A stretch of 64,000 nucleotides of DNA from Patescibacteria group bacterium (GCA_965660445.1 CBFIAK010000001.1:288001-352000), one strand, 5' to 3'. Positions 38,471 to 48,752 are shown, counted from the stretch's first letter. The notes: generated by a model from the letters alone, not told the origin. Made by a program: numbers and translations.

Positions 38471-39022
38471 TTAGCGTCGAAGAAAATCAAGAAGATGGTT
38501 CATATAAAACCCCATACCAACATAAGCAATGATAATACCCATACCACATAAAAGTACAGAGAGATCTTTTAGATAGGTAACAGTTGGAAAAAGAATAGAG
38601 AGGAATAATGTGTGAAAAATAAGGACAAGGCAGGCAAATTTTGCTTTCCCCCACCAAAGAGCAGAAGTCACTATGTGCTGTGAAAGAAGAAAATTTTTAA
38701 TTCCGTCTACAAATAGATCCCGAATAAGAAATAAGACCACAATCCATGTATCAATCCATGGTGTATGTTGAATAATTAAAAAAAAGATAGTATAGGTGAA
38801 TATTTTATCAATCAGTGGATCAAATATTTTTCCAAACGAAGAAATAACTCTCCATTTTCTCGCTAAATAGCCGTCTAAAAAGTCGGTCGTACTCGCAATA
38901 ATAAAAAGTATATAGATCCATAAGAATTCTGGTTTTTGTGAAGAAAACAGTGGAATAAAAAGCAGTACAATAATGCCTCGAAAAAGAGTGAGTGCGTTTG
39001 GAATAATCGATTTCATTGCCAC
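38471..39022 (-). CDS. pgsA: CDP-alcohol phosphatidyltransferase (PgsA-like)
   Basis: IPN.LT..R; D.LDG.LAR.....S.FG...DP..DK. Confidence 0.9.
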   Translation of the reverse strand: MAMKSIIPNALTLFRGIIVLLFIPLFSSQKPEFLWIYILFIIASTTDFLDGYLARKWRVISSFGKIFDPLIDKIFTYTIFFLIIQHTPWIDTWIVVLFLIRDLFVDGIKNFLLSQHIVTSALWWGKAKFACLVLIFHTLFLSILFPTVTYLKDLSVLLCGMGIIIAYVGMGFYMNHLLDFLRR

Positions 39023-39034
39023 GAAAAAAAAGAA

Positions 39035-39529
39035 TTAAGAAATAATCAAAAAGTACGCAGAAAACAAAAATATCCAAAAAACAACAATAAGTTTTCGGCA
39101 TAGTGCGTGTTTCCACCAATCCATATACCCATCAATATGGAATGTTGCAAACGGATAAAATGGGCGATTTGCAGCTTCTCCCTTATGGGTTGGTATATCA
39201 AGCAAAATATGAGTTGTGTACCCGATAGCAAACCCCAAAATGAGCGGATTTTTGAGAAGAAAAGAAAGCCCATATAAGAAACCAAGAAACACAAAACTAT
39301 GTAAAAGGTAATATATTTTTCGTTCCCATGATGGATGATACGCATCTGGTCCGTCTTTTTTCATGTGTCGCCAAAGTTTCCAGTCTTTTTTACAGATTCT
39401 ATAGAGATAATAGGGGACTTGTGCCATGTCTGGAATAACAGATCCGAGCACGCAGAGTGCTTTTGCTGTCGGGTGTTCAACAAGTGTTGATGCTAACAGT
39501 CCGGTTGCGAGATGTGTACCAATGTCCAT
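39035..39529 (-). CDS. Membrane-bound metal-dependent hydrolase (YdjM-like)
   Basis: N-terminal TH, GS..PD, HS, H..LD..TH. Confidence 0.75.
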   Translation of the reverse strand: MDIGTHLATGLLASTLVEHPTAKALCVLGSVIPDMAQVPYYLYRICKKDWKLWRHMKKDGPDAYHPSWERKIYYLLHSFVFLGFLYGLSFLLKNPLILGFAIGYTTHILLDIPTHKGEAANRPFYPFATFHIDGYMDWWKHALCRKLIVVFWIFLFSAYFLIIS

Positions 39530-39613
39530 GCCAAAAATATTACATAAATCACCATTATACTACGGAAAAAAAAACAGAAAACAAATTTTTTTGACTAAAA
39601 ATTGTATACACAC

Positions 39614-40024
39614 CTAAAGTTCATTTCTATTCCTCAAAAAAAGCCATTTCCATTTATCGATAATTGGGACTGATTCGTGTTGAATTTGTTGTTGTGTTCG
39701 ATGTTCTGTTTTTTGTGGAATAATATCAATATCTTCTTGAATCAGAATTAAAACCTCTTCTCCTTCTTGTTTTCGGTTCATTTGCATTTTTGCTTCTTTA
39801 TCTATTCGTTGTGGAGTTTGGAGGTATTCTAACTGTTTTTCTTTTTCGGTTATTTTTGCAAGGTTCTCTTCATTTTCAAGACGAATAGATTCTATTTCAG
39901 CGTTAATTTGTTTATTATCATACCAGAACGATCCCAAACTATACAAAAGCCATAAAATAACGAGAAAAAGAGTCACCAAGACAATAATATTTTGAGACGT
40001 ATATATGTTTTGGGGTTTCCTCAT
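39614..40024 (-). CDS. Septum formation initiator (FtsB/DivIC-like)
   Basis: One TM plus coiled coil plus L.T...I.KEAK......EGE. Confidence 0.8.
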   Translation of the reverse strand: MRKPQNIYTSQNIIVLVTLFLVILWLLYSLGSFWYDNKQINAEIESIRLENEENLAKITEKEKQLEYLQTPQRIDKEAKMQMNRKQEGEEVLILIQEDIDIIPQKTEHRTQQQIQHESVPIIDKWKWLFLRNRNEL

Positions 40025-40287
40025 TGTTCAGTTTCAGTAGTATCGTCAGTATCAGATTTATCAGGAGACGGAATGTCTCTTGGAGGAATCTTTGTCATGA
40101 GTAAATCTATCTGAGAGAGGGTGAGTCTTTCTTCTGCTCGAAGGTGTGATATTTCGTATGTAATTTCGACACTATTGGTGAACACGTTTGAAAGTTGTAT
40201 AAACACAAAAATAACAACACCTAAAAAAACGGAAAACGTGAGCCAGTTTTTTAATCGTTCATTATCGCTCCAATCAAAGGGTCTCAT
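40021..40287 (-). CDS. Small bitopic membrane protein, possibly FtsL-like
   Basis: One TM plus short coiled coil (YEI..L..E); ATGA-coupled to the FtsB-like gene. Confidence 0.5.
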   Translation of the reverse strand: MRPFDWSDNERLKNWLTFSVFLGVVIFVFIQLSNVFTNSVEITYEISHLRAEERLTLSQIDLLMTKIPPRDIPSPDKSDTDDTTETEQ

Positions 40288-40389
40288 GCTAACGGCAGTA
40301 TAGGATATTCAAAAGAAAAAGAAAGACAAAACAGAGTATATTCGTATTGAATCCTTTCTTGAAATCATTTACACTCGAAAAAAAGAATT

Positions 40390-40923
40390 ATGAAACTTCT
40401 TGTGGGACTTGGGAATATCGGATCACAGTATCACAATACTCGTCATAATATTGGGTTTCAGGTTGTGGAACGTTTTATTGAAAAATATGCAATAGGACCA
40501 TCAACACATGAGCCCCGATTTTTTGGGAGTATTGCTTATGGTCATTGGAATGGAGAAAAAATAATTGTTTTAAAGCCTCATACGTATATGAATGCGAGTG
40601 GTAAATCGGTGCAAGCAGTGACTCAGTTTTATAAAATACATCCGTCTGATATCTGTGTTTTTTATGATGATATTGATTTGCCATTTGAGAGTATTCGTGT
40701 ACGTACTCAAAGTGGAAGTGGTGGACATAATGGAATTAAATCAATTCAACAGTGTATTGGAAATGATTTTTTACGCATAAAAATAGGAGTAGGAAACGAA
40801 CAAAAGTCAGTAATGGGAGCATCGGCATTCGTGTTAGGGAAATGGACGACTGAAGAGTCTGAAAAGCTTCCGAATATCGTTGAAAAAGTTATTGAAATGT
40901 ATGAAACTCATTGTGGTCTATGA
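40390..40923 (+). CDS. pth: Peptidyl-tRNA hydrolase
   Basis: VGLGN, TRHNIGF, KP.TYMN.SG, GGHNGIKS. Confidence 0.97.
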   Translation: MKLLVGLGNIGSQYHNTRHNIGFQVVERFIEKYAIGPSTHEPRFFGSIAYGHWNGEKIIVLKPHTYMNASGKSVQAVTQFYKIHPSDICVFYDDIDLPFESIRVRTQSGSGGHNGIKSIQQCIGNDFLRIKIGVGNEQKSVMGASAFVLGKWTTEESEKLPNIVEKVIEMYETHCGL

Positions 40924-41477
40924 TGTATTTATTTTCACGATTACGGCGTTCCATTGTGTGTAGAGAGAAAAACGAAGGTATGTATCCAATTGGTATTGTT
41001 TTTGATGCTGTTATCTGCCCTCAAAAAGGGAAGATAGAAGCATTGTGGGTAAAGACAAAAGACGGAAAACGATTATTACTTCCAGAAGATATTCGTGAAT
41101 GGGAGAATCAAAATATTATCGTTGTTGATTCAGAGTCTCGGTTGCAAGAACCGGAATCATTAACTGCGCTACAAACAGTGTTTAAGACAGAGGTGCCTCT
41201 TATTGGAGCTTCTGTTTGGAACCGTAATCAATACCAAGGGCGGGTCTTTGATTTTTTATTTGATCGGTATGGATTTTTTATTGAAAAAATATGGTTTCGG
41301 AAAGGGTTTTGGATTTTCGGAAAAAAACGAATGATTGCTCGGTCACATGTGGTAAAAATAAATGAAAAAGGTGTTTTTGTTTCTGATACAGTATTTAAGA
41401 AGATACAATCTACTGATATAGAAGCTCAAGAACCTCTTTCCTCTGAAGCAGAGGCTTTTAAAACAGATGAACAATGA
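40920..41477 (+). CDS. PRC-barrel domain protein
   Basis: Two IG.V.D / LIG..V...G.V.D repeats; start overlaps the pth stop. Confidence 0.65.
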   Translation: MMYLFSRLRRSIVCREKNEGMYPIGIVFDAVICPQKGKIEALWVKTKDGKRLLLPEDIREWENQNIIVVDSESRLQEPESLTALQTVFKTEVPLIGASVWNRNQYQGRVFDFLFDRYGFFIEKIWFRKGFWIFGKKRMIARSHVVKINEKGVFVSDTVFKKIQSTDIEAQEPLSSEAEAFKTDEQ

Positions 41478-41514
41478 TTGACTTTTTAAAAGAAATGGCA
41501 AAAATAGCATCCGC

Positions 41515-42459
41515 ATGAAGTATTCTGATATTATACATGATGCGTGGCGACTAACGGTGAATACTGGAAAGTTAAAATGGCTTTGCTTTGTTTCCAGCTT
41601 TGCAGCTGTTATTTTTTTTGTGGCTGAAATATTGTGGCAAGCGGGCTTGCTTTCAGAAGAGCTTGGTATATTAGAACCTTCTTATGTATATAGTAAGATT
41701 GGAGATTTATTGGCCTTTATAATGAATAATAATTTGCTCGGATGGGCGATTTTTTTTGTTATTTTTATACTGCTTTTTCAGTTTGCATTACCGTCTTGGA
41801 TTTTATCGTCTTTGATTTTAGGTATTAAAGACCGATTTGAGTATCCAGACCGATATTTTTCAGGGCGACAAATTGTAATTGATGGGTTTCAGTATTTTCC
41901 AAAACTGGTGGAACTCCATGCGATTTTATCACCGTTTTCGTTTATGACAATTACATTTTTTTCTATCACACTGTATCGTTATTATCATGGTGAGATATAT
42001 GAAAATATATTTTTACCTTTGTTATTACTCTTTCTGGTGTTCTCTCTTATTGTGAATATTTTTACTGTTTTTGCTCCTTTTTTTATAGTCTTGGATGATG
42101 TGCCGGTCATGACTTCTATCAAAAAAAGTATTGGTCTCGTATTTTTAAATTTTGAATCAACGTTATCTGTTATTGTTATAATGTTGCTTGTAAATATAAG
42201 AGTTATTGTGAATGTTATTGTTGTAATAGGTGTGCCAATGGGACTCTTCTTTGCTCTCTCGTTTTTTGCAAAATCATCATGGTTTGGAATCGCTATTTCA
42301 TTGGTCGCTTTGCTTGGATTAGCTCTTTTAGCTTTAGCCGCTTATTTAACAGCGATTGTTGAGGTTTTTTCAAATGCTGTTTGGGTGAAATCTTATGAGA
42401 CACTCAAACAAAAACAAAAAGAATATATTCGAGAATCTCTTCATCACTCTACTTTGTAA
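41515..42459 (+). CDS. Polytopic membrane protein
   Basis: About 6 TM helices; II..AW and SIKKS..L patterns. Confidence 0.75.
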   Translation: MKYSDIIHDAWRLTVNTGKLKWLCFVSSFAAVIFFVAEILWQAGLLSEELGILEPSYVYSKIGDLLAFIMNNNLLGWAIFFVIFILLFQFALPSWILSSLILGIKDRFEYPDRYFSGRQIVIDGFQYFPKLVELHAILSPFSFMTITFFSITLYRYYHGEIYENIFLPLLLLFLVFSLIVNIFTVFAPFFIVLDDVPVMTSIKKSIGLVFLNFESTLSVIVIMLLVNIRVIVNVIVVIGVPMGLFFALSFFAKSSWFGIAISLVALLGLALLALAAYLTAIVEVFSNAVWVKSYETLKQKQKEYIRESLHHSTL

Positions 42460-43058
42460 TGAAGTGGATATTTTTGGCTCTCGTCTGTATTGGGACGAGT
42501 ATATTGTGGTGGGGGTGGCACGATGTGTATGGCTGGGAAAAAGGATTATATGCTCATTCTCATGGTGTAGTTTGGAATGATGAATTATTTCTCTTTCAGC
42601 ATGAAATATCATCATCTTCAGATTTTCTCCCATTATTGCAGAGTCGGCTTCGTCCAAAACAAGTACAATCATTTTTTGAAGGAGAGATTGGTCATTGGTA
42701 CCAATATCAGGATATAAAACGAGTGCGTTTGTCGTCTGGAGTTTCGGCTCTTCTTTTTCCCGAAATGAGATTATGGGTTGTGCGAGAATTTGATTCTGAT
42801 GATCTAGAGGTCTTTCATCGTACCCCTATTGATATAAAAGCAGATGTTTTAATTTGGATGGCGGATTCTCAGATTCCTTTTTTAAATCCAAAAATACTCA
42901 TATGGTATCCGAAAACAATTTCATCATCTATACGGTCTTGGGCGGCAGAATTCTCAGTGTCGATTATTCAACCAAAAAAAGAAGGACTCGTCTTTCTCGA
43001 ACCGAAAAATAATCAACTTCATCTTCATACACAATCGTCAAAAAAAGATAAAAAATAA
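42459..43058 (+). CDS. Hypothetical protein with N-terminal TM/signal
   Basis: 199-aa ORF, TAATG-coupled to the upstream gene. Confidence 0.6.
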   Translation: MKWIFLALVCIGTSILWWGWHDVYGWEKGLYAHSHGVVWNDELFLFQHEISSSSDFLPLLQSRLRPKQVQSFFEGEIGHWYQYQDIKRVRLSSGVSALLFPEMRLWVVREFDSDDLEVFHRTPIDIKADVLIWMADSQIPFLNPKILIWYPKTISSSIRSWAAEFSVSIIQPKKEGLVFLEPKNNQLHLHTQSSKKDKK

Positions 43059-43082
43059 TGTTTTTGAGGCATCAGAGAATCT

Positions 43083-43110
43083 TTGACTTTTTGAATGACG
43101 AGAGTATACT
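43083..43110 (+). promoter_or_regulatory. sigma70 promoter about 310 nt upstream of rny
   Basis: TTGACT-N16-TATACT. Confidence 0.65.
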
Positions 43111-43420
43111 GCGTTTAAGCGTATTTTTTTTAAGAATTTAATATTTTAAAACCAGAAACAAGAGAAAGAATAAAGAAAGAGATTATGAAATAATGGGAAC
43201 TTGTAGAAAGAAATGATGAGAAAACACGATATCTTTTCAGTTATAAAAAAAGGAATGAACAATCGTTTTGTATTCAATAAATCACATTGGTATTTGTGCC
43301 GAGGCATCTCGGTCTGTGGGTAAAAATTCTCATTTTTTGTTTTCCAGTAAAGGAATAATTAAGTGTTCTTAAAGAAAAAAGAAGGCGTTACAAGCTTTAT
43401 TTTTTAATTTTTTTACACAA

Positions 43421-44956
43421 ATGGAGATTATTATAGCAGGATTAGTAGCTCTCGCCGGTGGTGTAGGAATTGGTTTTTTTGTATGGAGACCTAAAACTCA
43501 AAAGATACACGAAAAAGCAGAATCAGAAGCCCTTGATCGACTCAATAGAGCCAAGAAGGAGTCTGAAGACTTATTGTCTTCTGCCCGTCGTGAAGCACAA
43601 AAAATAAATCAACAAACCTTACAGGAAGAAGCAAAAGCACGAGAGCGTATTACTGAGCTTCAGCGTCAGGCCGATGCTCGTATTGAAAAGAGAGAAGAAG
43701 TTGTTGAGCAGAAGCTCGAAAAAACAGAAAAAAAACGAGAAGAGTACGAAAACGGGATAAAAGAATATGAACAGAAGACAGAAGAACTTCAGAAACGTAT
43801 TGATGAACAAAATAAGGTTTTAGAATCTATTTCTCAGCTCTCAAAAGATGAAGCAAAAGCACAATTGTTTGATCGTATGGAAAAAGAGGCAGATGAAGCG
43901 TTATCAGAGACATTAAAACGTCGAGTTGATCTTATGCGTGAAAAAGCAGATGAAGAAGCCAGTATGATTTTAGTGCAGGCTATTCAGCGTTATGCATCAG
44001 AAACAACCAATGAAACAACGACCTCAACGGTTAAAATTGATTCAGAAGAAATGAAAGGGAAAATTATCGGACGGGAAGGGCGAAATATCAATGCTTTTGA
44101 GATGATGTCAGGGGTCGATGTTATTATTGACGATACGCCTGGAACGATTACGATTTCATCGTTTGATATGTTTCGTCGATATGTGGCAAAAATTGCTCTT
44201 GAACGATTATTGAAAGATGGTCGTATCAATCCTTCAAAAATAGAAGAATGTTTACGGAGCGCACAAGACAGCACCGATAAACTGATTTTAGAAATTGGTC
44301 AAAAAGCGGCTCATGAAATTTTTGCAGAAAAATTACCAGATCAAATTTTAAAACTCATCGGACGATTACGGTTTCGAACATCGTATGGTCAAAACGTATT
44401 AAATCACTCGATTGAAGTGGCGTACTTAGCAGAAGGAATTGCTCATGAAATTCCGGGAGCAAATCCTGATATTTGTCGAAAAGCAGGGCTTGTACATGAT
44501 ATTGGAAAAGCAGTATCTCATGAGATTGAAGGAGGACACGCAGTTATTGGTATGGAGATTTTGCAGAAATTTAATATTGATCCTCGTATTGTAACCGCTA
44601 TGAAATCTCATCACGAAGATTTTCCTTATGAGTCTATTGAAGCTCGTATTTTACAAGCTGCTGATGCAATTTCCGCGTCTCGACCAGGGGCGCGACGTGA
44701 TACATTAGAAAAATATATTCGACGGTTAAAAGAACTAGAAGCGATATCTACTGCTTTTGCAGGAGTTGAAAAAGCGTATGCATTACAAGCTGGGCGAGAA
44801 GTAAGAGTGTTTGTAAATGCAAAGGAAATGTCGGATAGTGATTCGGAAAAACTGTCTTTCAATATTGCACGAAAAATAGAAAAAGATTGTCAGTATCCTG
44901 GAGAAGTGCAAGTAGCTGTAATTCGAGAAAATCGGTTTAAAAACGTTGCACGGTAA
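43421..44956 (+). CDS. rny: Ribonuclease Y
   Basis: TM, coiled coil, KH (KG.IIGREGRNI) and HD (RTSYGQNVL.HS, HDIGK) domains. Confidence 0.97.
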   Translation: MEIIIAGLVALAGGVGIGFFVWRPKTQKIHEKAESEALDRLNRAKKESEDLLSSARREAQKINQQTLQEEAKARERITELQRQADARIEKREEVVEQKLEKTEKKREEYENGIKEYEQKTEELQKRIDEQNKVLESISQLSKDEAKAQLFDRMEKEADEALSETLKRRVDLMREKADEEASMILVQAIQRYASETTNETTTSTVKIDSEEMKGKIIGREGRNINAFEMMSGVDVIIDDTPGTITISSFDMFRRYVAKIALERLLKDGRINPSKIEECLRSAQDSTDKLILEIGQKAAHEIFAEKLPDQILKLIGRLRFRTSYGQNVLNHSIEVAYLAEGIAHEIPGANPDICRKAGLVHDIGKAVSHEIEGGHAVIGMEILQKFNIDPRIVTAMKSHHEDFPYESIEARILQAADAISASRPGARRDTLEKYIRRLKELEAISTAFAGVEKAYALQAGREVRVFVNAKEMSDSDSEKLSFNIARKIEKDCQYPGEVQVAVIRENRFKNVAR

Positions 44957-44970
44957 AAATGTTTCGTTTT

Positions 44971-45016
44971 GAAAAGAGTCTTTGCTGTGTCATACAACGA
45001 GCAAAGACTTTTTTTC
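44971..45016 (+). terminator. Intrinsic terminator
   Basis: AGTCTTTGCT/AGCAAAGACT stem plus T-tract. Confidence 0.75.
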
Positions 45017-45057
45017 TTGAAAAAAAAGGTATTTTATGCAGAATCGAAACGTAAGTC

Positions 45058-47601
45058 ATGTCAACTCCTGTACAACGTCAATATTGGGAACTTAAAAACC
45101 AAAATCCAGATGCGGTTTTATTTTTTCGACTTGGGGATTTTTATGAACTGTTTTACGAAGATGCTGTGGTTGGATCAAAAGTATTGGGTATAACGCTTAC
45201 GGCTCGACATAAAGGAACGGATAACCAAATGCCTATGTGTGGGTTTCCTTACCATGCTCATGAAGAATATTTACGTGTTTTGTTGCAATCTGGGTATAAA
45301 GTGGCTATTGCCGAACAGCAAGAAGATACAGACGGGAAAATTTATCGCCGTATTGATCGAATTGAAACACCTGGAACATCAGTGTCTTTAGGAGAATCAG
45401 ATCAAACAAAAAATAGAATTGTGAGTACTTTTTCGAAGTATAAAAACGGATATTCATGTGCCGCTTTAGATTTTACGACTGGTTCTTTTTGGGTGTTTTC
45501 GTCAGAAAAACAATCAGAAGTCATTGATATGATCCAGTCTTTTCAGCCACAAGAATTGGTGTGTACACAAGATGTTTTTGAAGACGATTCTCTTATGGAT
45601 GCGTTTCCAAAAACCCATAGAACAGTTCGTAATGATAAAAAGAAATCCGAAAACGAATCGAAAGTGCTTCAACAATTTCAGGTGCCAAGTTTTGATATTC
45701 TTGATATTGACTCATCAACAGCAGAAGTGCACTGTATTGCTCGACTCCTTTTTTATATAGAAGATACTCAGCGTACACAAACGAACCATATTTGTCATAT
45801 ACAGCGGTATGATCAAAAACATCATGTTGCGTTAGATCCTATTACATACCGACATTTAGAGATATTTGAATCACTCCATCCCGATGAAAAAAACGCAACA
45901 CTGTATTCTGTATTTGATCGTGCCTCGACTCCTATGGGAGCAAGAATGCTTCGGCAATGGTTGGCGCATCCTTTGTATAATGAAAAACAAATACAAAAGC
46001 GACTCGATTGTGTGGAAGTTCTTCTTAAAGATCGACCATATAGAGACCAAATTGCTGAATCATTACACCAGATTCCAGACCTAGAACGACTTTTGTCTCG
46101 TTGTGTTATTGGCAGGGGAACTCCAAAAGATTTTGGTGCTTTTCGAGATGCTTTTTCTGTTTTTCCAAACTTGTATACACTTTGCAAGAAGAGTGATGGG
46201 CTATTTGACGAGTATGCGGTTCTTTTTCAAGGATTTGAATCGCTTTACACGCTTCTTGATTCTCACTTAACCGAAAGTCCACCCGTACAAATGAGTATTG
46301 GTGGAATTTTCAAAGCAGGAGTTTCAAAAGAGCTTGATGAATATTTTGATTTGTTTATGAATGGAAAACAGTGGTGTGATCGTTATACCGAAGAACAAAA
46401 AAAAGAAACGGGTATTACAACTTTGAGGGTAAAATATTCGAATAATTTTGGGTATTGTTTTGAAGTTTCAAAATCACATATTAAAAACGTGCCTTCCTCA
46501 TGGGAGCGACGTCAAACATTAGTGAACGCTGAACGGTTTACTACACCTGAATTAAAAAATTATGAAGAACGTGTTTTATCTGCCGAGGGAGAGATAGCAC
46601 GGATACAGCAACAATTATTTGAATCACTGAGGGATCAGTTTTTGCACTTTGTATCAGCTATTCAAAAAGTATCAGCGGGGATTGCTTTTCTTGATGGAGT
46701 GCATACATTGTCTCGAACAGCACTTCAGTGGGGATGGACAAAACCCGTAATGGATGATTCTGGTGTCTTGCATATAACAAAAGGAAGACATCCTGTGGTA
46801 GAAAAATTATCAAAAGATCCCTTTATTGCGAATGATATTGTTTTAAAACCAGAAGGAATTCATATGATTACGGGGCCGAATATGGCTGGAAAATCAACGT
46901 TTTTAAGACAGAATGCTCTTTTACTCATACTTGCTCAGATGGGATCATTTGTACCAGCAGAAAGAATGGTATTTACTCCTGTTGATCGTATTTTTACACG
47001 AGTAGGGGCATCGGATAATTTAGCTGGTGGAAAATCAACGTTTTTTGTAGAAATGACAGAAACAGCTCGTATTTTAAGAAACGCAACGAATAAGAGTTTC
47101 GTTATTCTTGATGAAATTGGAAGAGGAACCTCAACATTCGATGGATTGTCTCTTGCGTGGGCGATAACTCATTATATTCACGATGAAATAAAGTGTAAGA
47201 CTTTATTTGCCACCCATTATCATGAACTTATTGATACGGCGAACTCTCTTAAGAATGTACAAAACTTTCATGTTCGTGTTGCACAAGATAGTACAGGAAT
47301 TGTGTTTTTACGACGTATTGAATCGGGTGGTATTTCTGACTCGTTTGGAATAGAAGTCGCTCTTTCTGCAGGCATTCCACAAAAAGTAATTACGCATGCC
47401 AAACATATCTTAAAACGACTTGAGTCGCAATCGCACCCACCACAGCTACAAATGGGGCTTTTTGAAACTCAAAAGGAACAAAACAATAAAGTTTCTCCTC
47501 TTGAAGAAGCCATTCGATGTTATGATATTAATAATAAGACTCCCAAAGAAGCGCTTGACTTTTTATTTCACTTAAAGGCTCTATTGTCAGACGAAATTTA
47601 G
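45058..47601 (+). CDS. mutS: DNA mismatch repair protein MutS
   Basis: GDFYELF, TGPNMAGKST, STF.VEM, DEIGRGTST.DG, ATHYHEL. Confidence 0.98.
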   Translation: MSTPVQRQYWELKNQNPDAVLFFRLGDFYELFYEDAVVGSKVLGITLTARHKGTDNQMPMCGFPYHAHEEYLRVLLQSGYKVAIAEQQEDTDGKIYRRIDRIETPGTSVSLGESDQTKNRIVSTFSKYKNGYSCAALDFTTGSFWVFSSEKQSEVIDMIQSFQPQELVCTQDVFEDDSLMDAFPKTHRTVRNDKKKSENESKVLQQFQVPSFDILDIDSSTAEVHCIARLLFYIEDTQRTQTNHICHIQRYDQKHHVALDPITYRHLEIFESLHPDEKNATLYSVFDRASTPMGARMLRQWLAHPLYNEKQIQKRLDCVEVLLKDRPYRDQIAESLHQIPDLERLLSRCVIGRGTPKDFGAFRDAFSVFPNLYTLCKKSDGLFDEYAVLFQGFESLYTLLDSHLTESPPVQMSIGGIFKAGVSKELDEYFDLFMNGKQWCDRYTEEQKKETGITTLRVKYSNNFGYCFEVSKSHIKNVPSSWERRQTLVNAERFTTPELKNYEERVLSAEGEIARIQQQLFESLRDQFLHFVSAIQKVSAGIAFLDGVHTLSRTALQWGWTKPVMDDSGVLHITKGRHPVVEKLSKDPFIANDIVLKPEGIHMITGPNMAGKSTFLRQNALLLILAQMGSFVPAERMVFTPVDRIFTRVGASDNLAGGKSTFFVEMTETARILRNATNKSFVILDEIGRGTSTFDGLSLAWAITHYIHDEIKCKTLFATHYHELIDTANSLKNVQNFHVRVAQDSTGIVFLRRIESGGISDSFGIEVALSAGIPQKVITHAKHILKRLESQSHPPQLQMGLFETQKEQNNKVSPLEEAIRCYDINNKTPKEALDFLFHLKALLSDEI

Positions 47602-47686
47602 GGAAATGATGAGAGTGGATATGGAATTTTAGTTGCTTTTCTTTTTCAATTTGCTAAAAAAAGAACAGTATATAGATATATTGAAT

Positions 47687-47854
47687 ATGCCACAAAAGGT
47701 ACGCATTTTTTGTCCAGATTGTCGAGGAAGGTTTTTTGTCGACCGTTCCGATATCGTAGAAGAAGATGTTCTTGAATGCCCTTTGTGTAGTGCAGAAATA
47801 GAGATTTTATCAGAAGACCCAATTCAAATTCGATTGGTACAAGATGAATATTAG
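47687..47854 (+). CDS. Small acidic zinc-ribbon protein, LysW-like
   Basis: 55 aa: CPDC...LECPLC.AEIEI...DP. Confidence 0.7.
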   Translation: MPQKVRIFCPDCRGRFFVDRSDIVEEDVLECPLCSAEIEILSEDPIQIRLVQDEY

Positions 47855-47859
47855 CAAAG

Positions 47860-47889
47860 AAAAAAACCTGTGATTGTATCACAGGTTTT
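47860..47889. terminator. Bidirectional terminator
   Basis: AAAACCTGTGA/TCACAGGTTTT. Confidence 0.8.
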
Positions 47890-47894
47890 ATATA

Positions 47895-48752
47895 CTAAAA
47901 TCGGAAAATAATACCTGTTTGCCAGCTTTCCATAAATGGAATTTGGCTGTATTCAATTTCAGTATATCGATACTGAATAAATACAAAAACATTCAAAGGT
48001 TTCAACACTTCAAGCGTGCCTTTTGCCTCAAAGTATTTTCCGGTTTGCCATACCACACTTCCCATTAACTCTAATTGGTAATGGAGGTTGTATGGATCTA
48101 ATGATTGATCAAATACAATACCAGCATTACCCATTATAGGGGTGTTTATGTGCGGTAACATTCCATTGAAGTCATAGCTGGAGAAGTTATTTAAGTAGGC
48201 TATTTTTACTCCTGCGTACGTTTTATGCATATCAGGAACAGCAAACCGAGTTGTTACTCCAGTGTAAATACTTCGGAGTCCATTGGGAGAATTTTGGTTT
48301 GTTTCTATCCGCCAATTCAGAAAAGGCGTCAAAAAAAACAAACTCTTATCCCATCCATATGGTGCGTGGTAATTCAGTACAAACCCTTTTGTTATAAACG
48401 ATTGGTCATAGTTATGAAAAAACGTTCGTGTTTCAACAATGGTTTGCTCTCTAAATGGAGCCATGTTTCTCCCTTGGTATACATACCCAGGAGAAAACAT
48501 CCATATTTGTGGAGGATTGGCAATATCAGCTTCACGTCGTAAATGTGAAAAATTGAATTTTAGACTGGCATTATTGATATCTCCTAGAAGAAGATGCCCA
48601 TAAAATCCAACATTCTCATCAACATCAAGATCTTGATATTGAAATCCGAGCGATATTTTTTCGGTCCCAATTGTTTGAGGGCTCTGAAAACACTGCCCAA
48701 AACTACTCTGAATAAGAGTAAAGATGAGCAGTGATAGGTATGATAATCTCAT
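47895..48752 (-). CDS. Orphan exported protein with outer-membrane beta-barrel-like features
   Basis: Signal peptide; alternating aromatic/hydrophobic strands; ends WQTGIIFRF; AAGGAG 6 nt upstream. Confidence 0.65.
   Translation of the reverse strand: MRLSYLSLLIFTLIQSSFGQCFQSPQTIGTEKISLGFQYQDLDVDENVGFYGHLLLGDINNASLKFNFSHLRREADIANPPQIWMFSPGYVYQGRNMAPFREQTIVETRTFFHNYDQSFITKGFVLNYHAPYGWDKSLFFLTPFLNWRIETNQNSPNGLRSIYTGVTTRFAVPDMHKTYAGVKIAYLNNFSSYDFNGMLPHINTPIMGNAGIVFDQSLDPYNLHYQLELMGSVVWQTGKYFEAKGTLEVLKPLNVFVFIQYRYTEIEYSQIPFMESWQTGIIFRF

Noticed and set aside
44969-45193. 74-aa ORF between rny and mutS
   Set aside because: Spans a terminator and overlaps mutS out of frame
47687-47854. Functional LysW lysine/arginine biosynthesis pathway
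   Set aside because: EDWGE tail missing and no partner enzymes in the window
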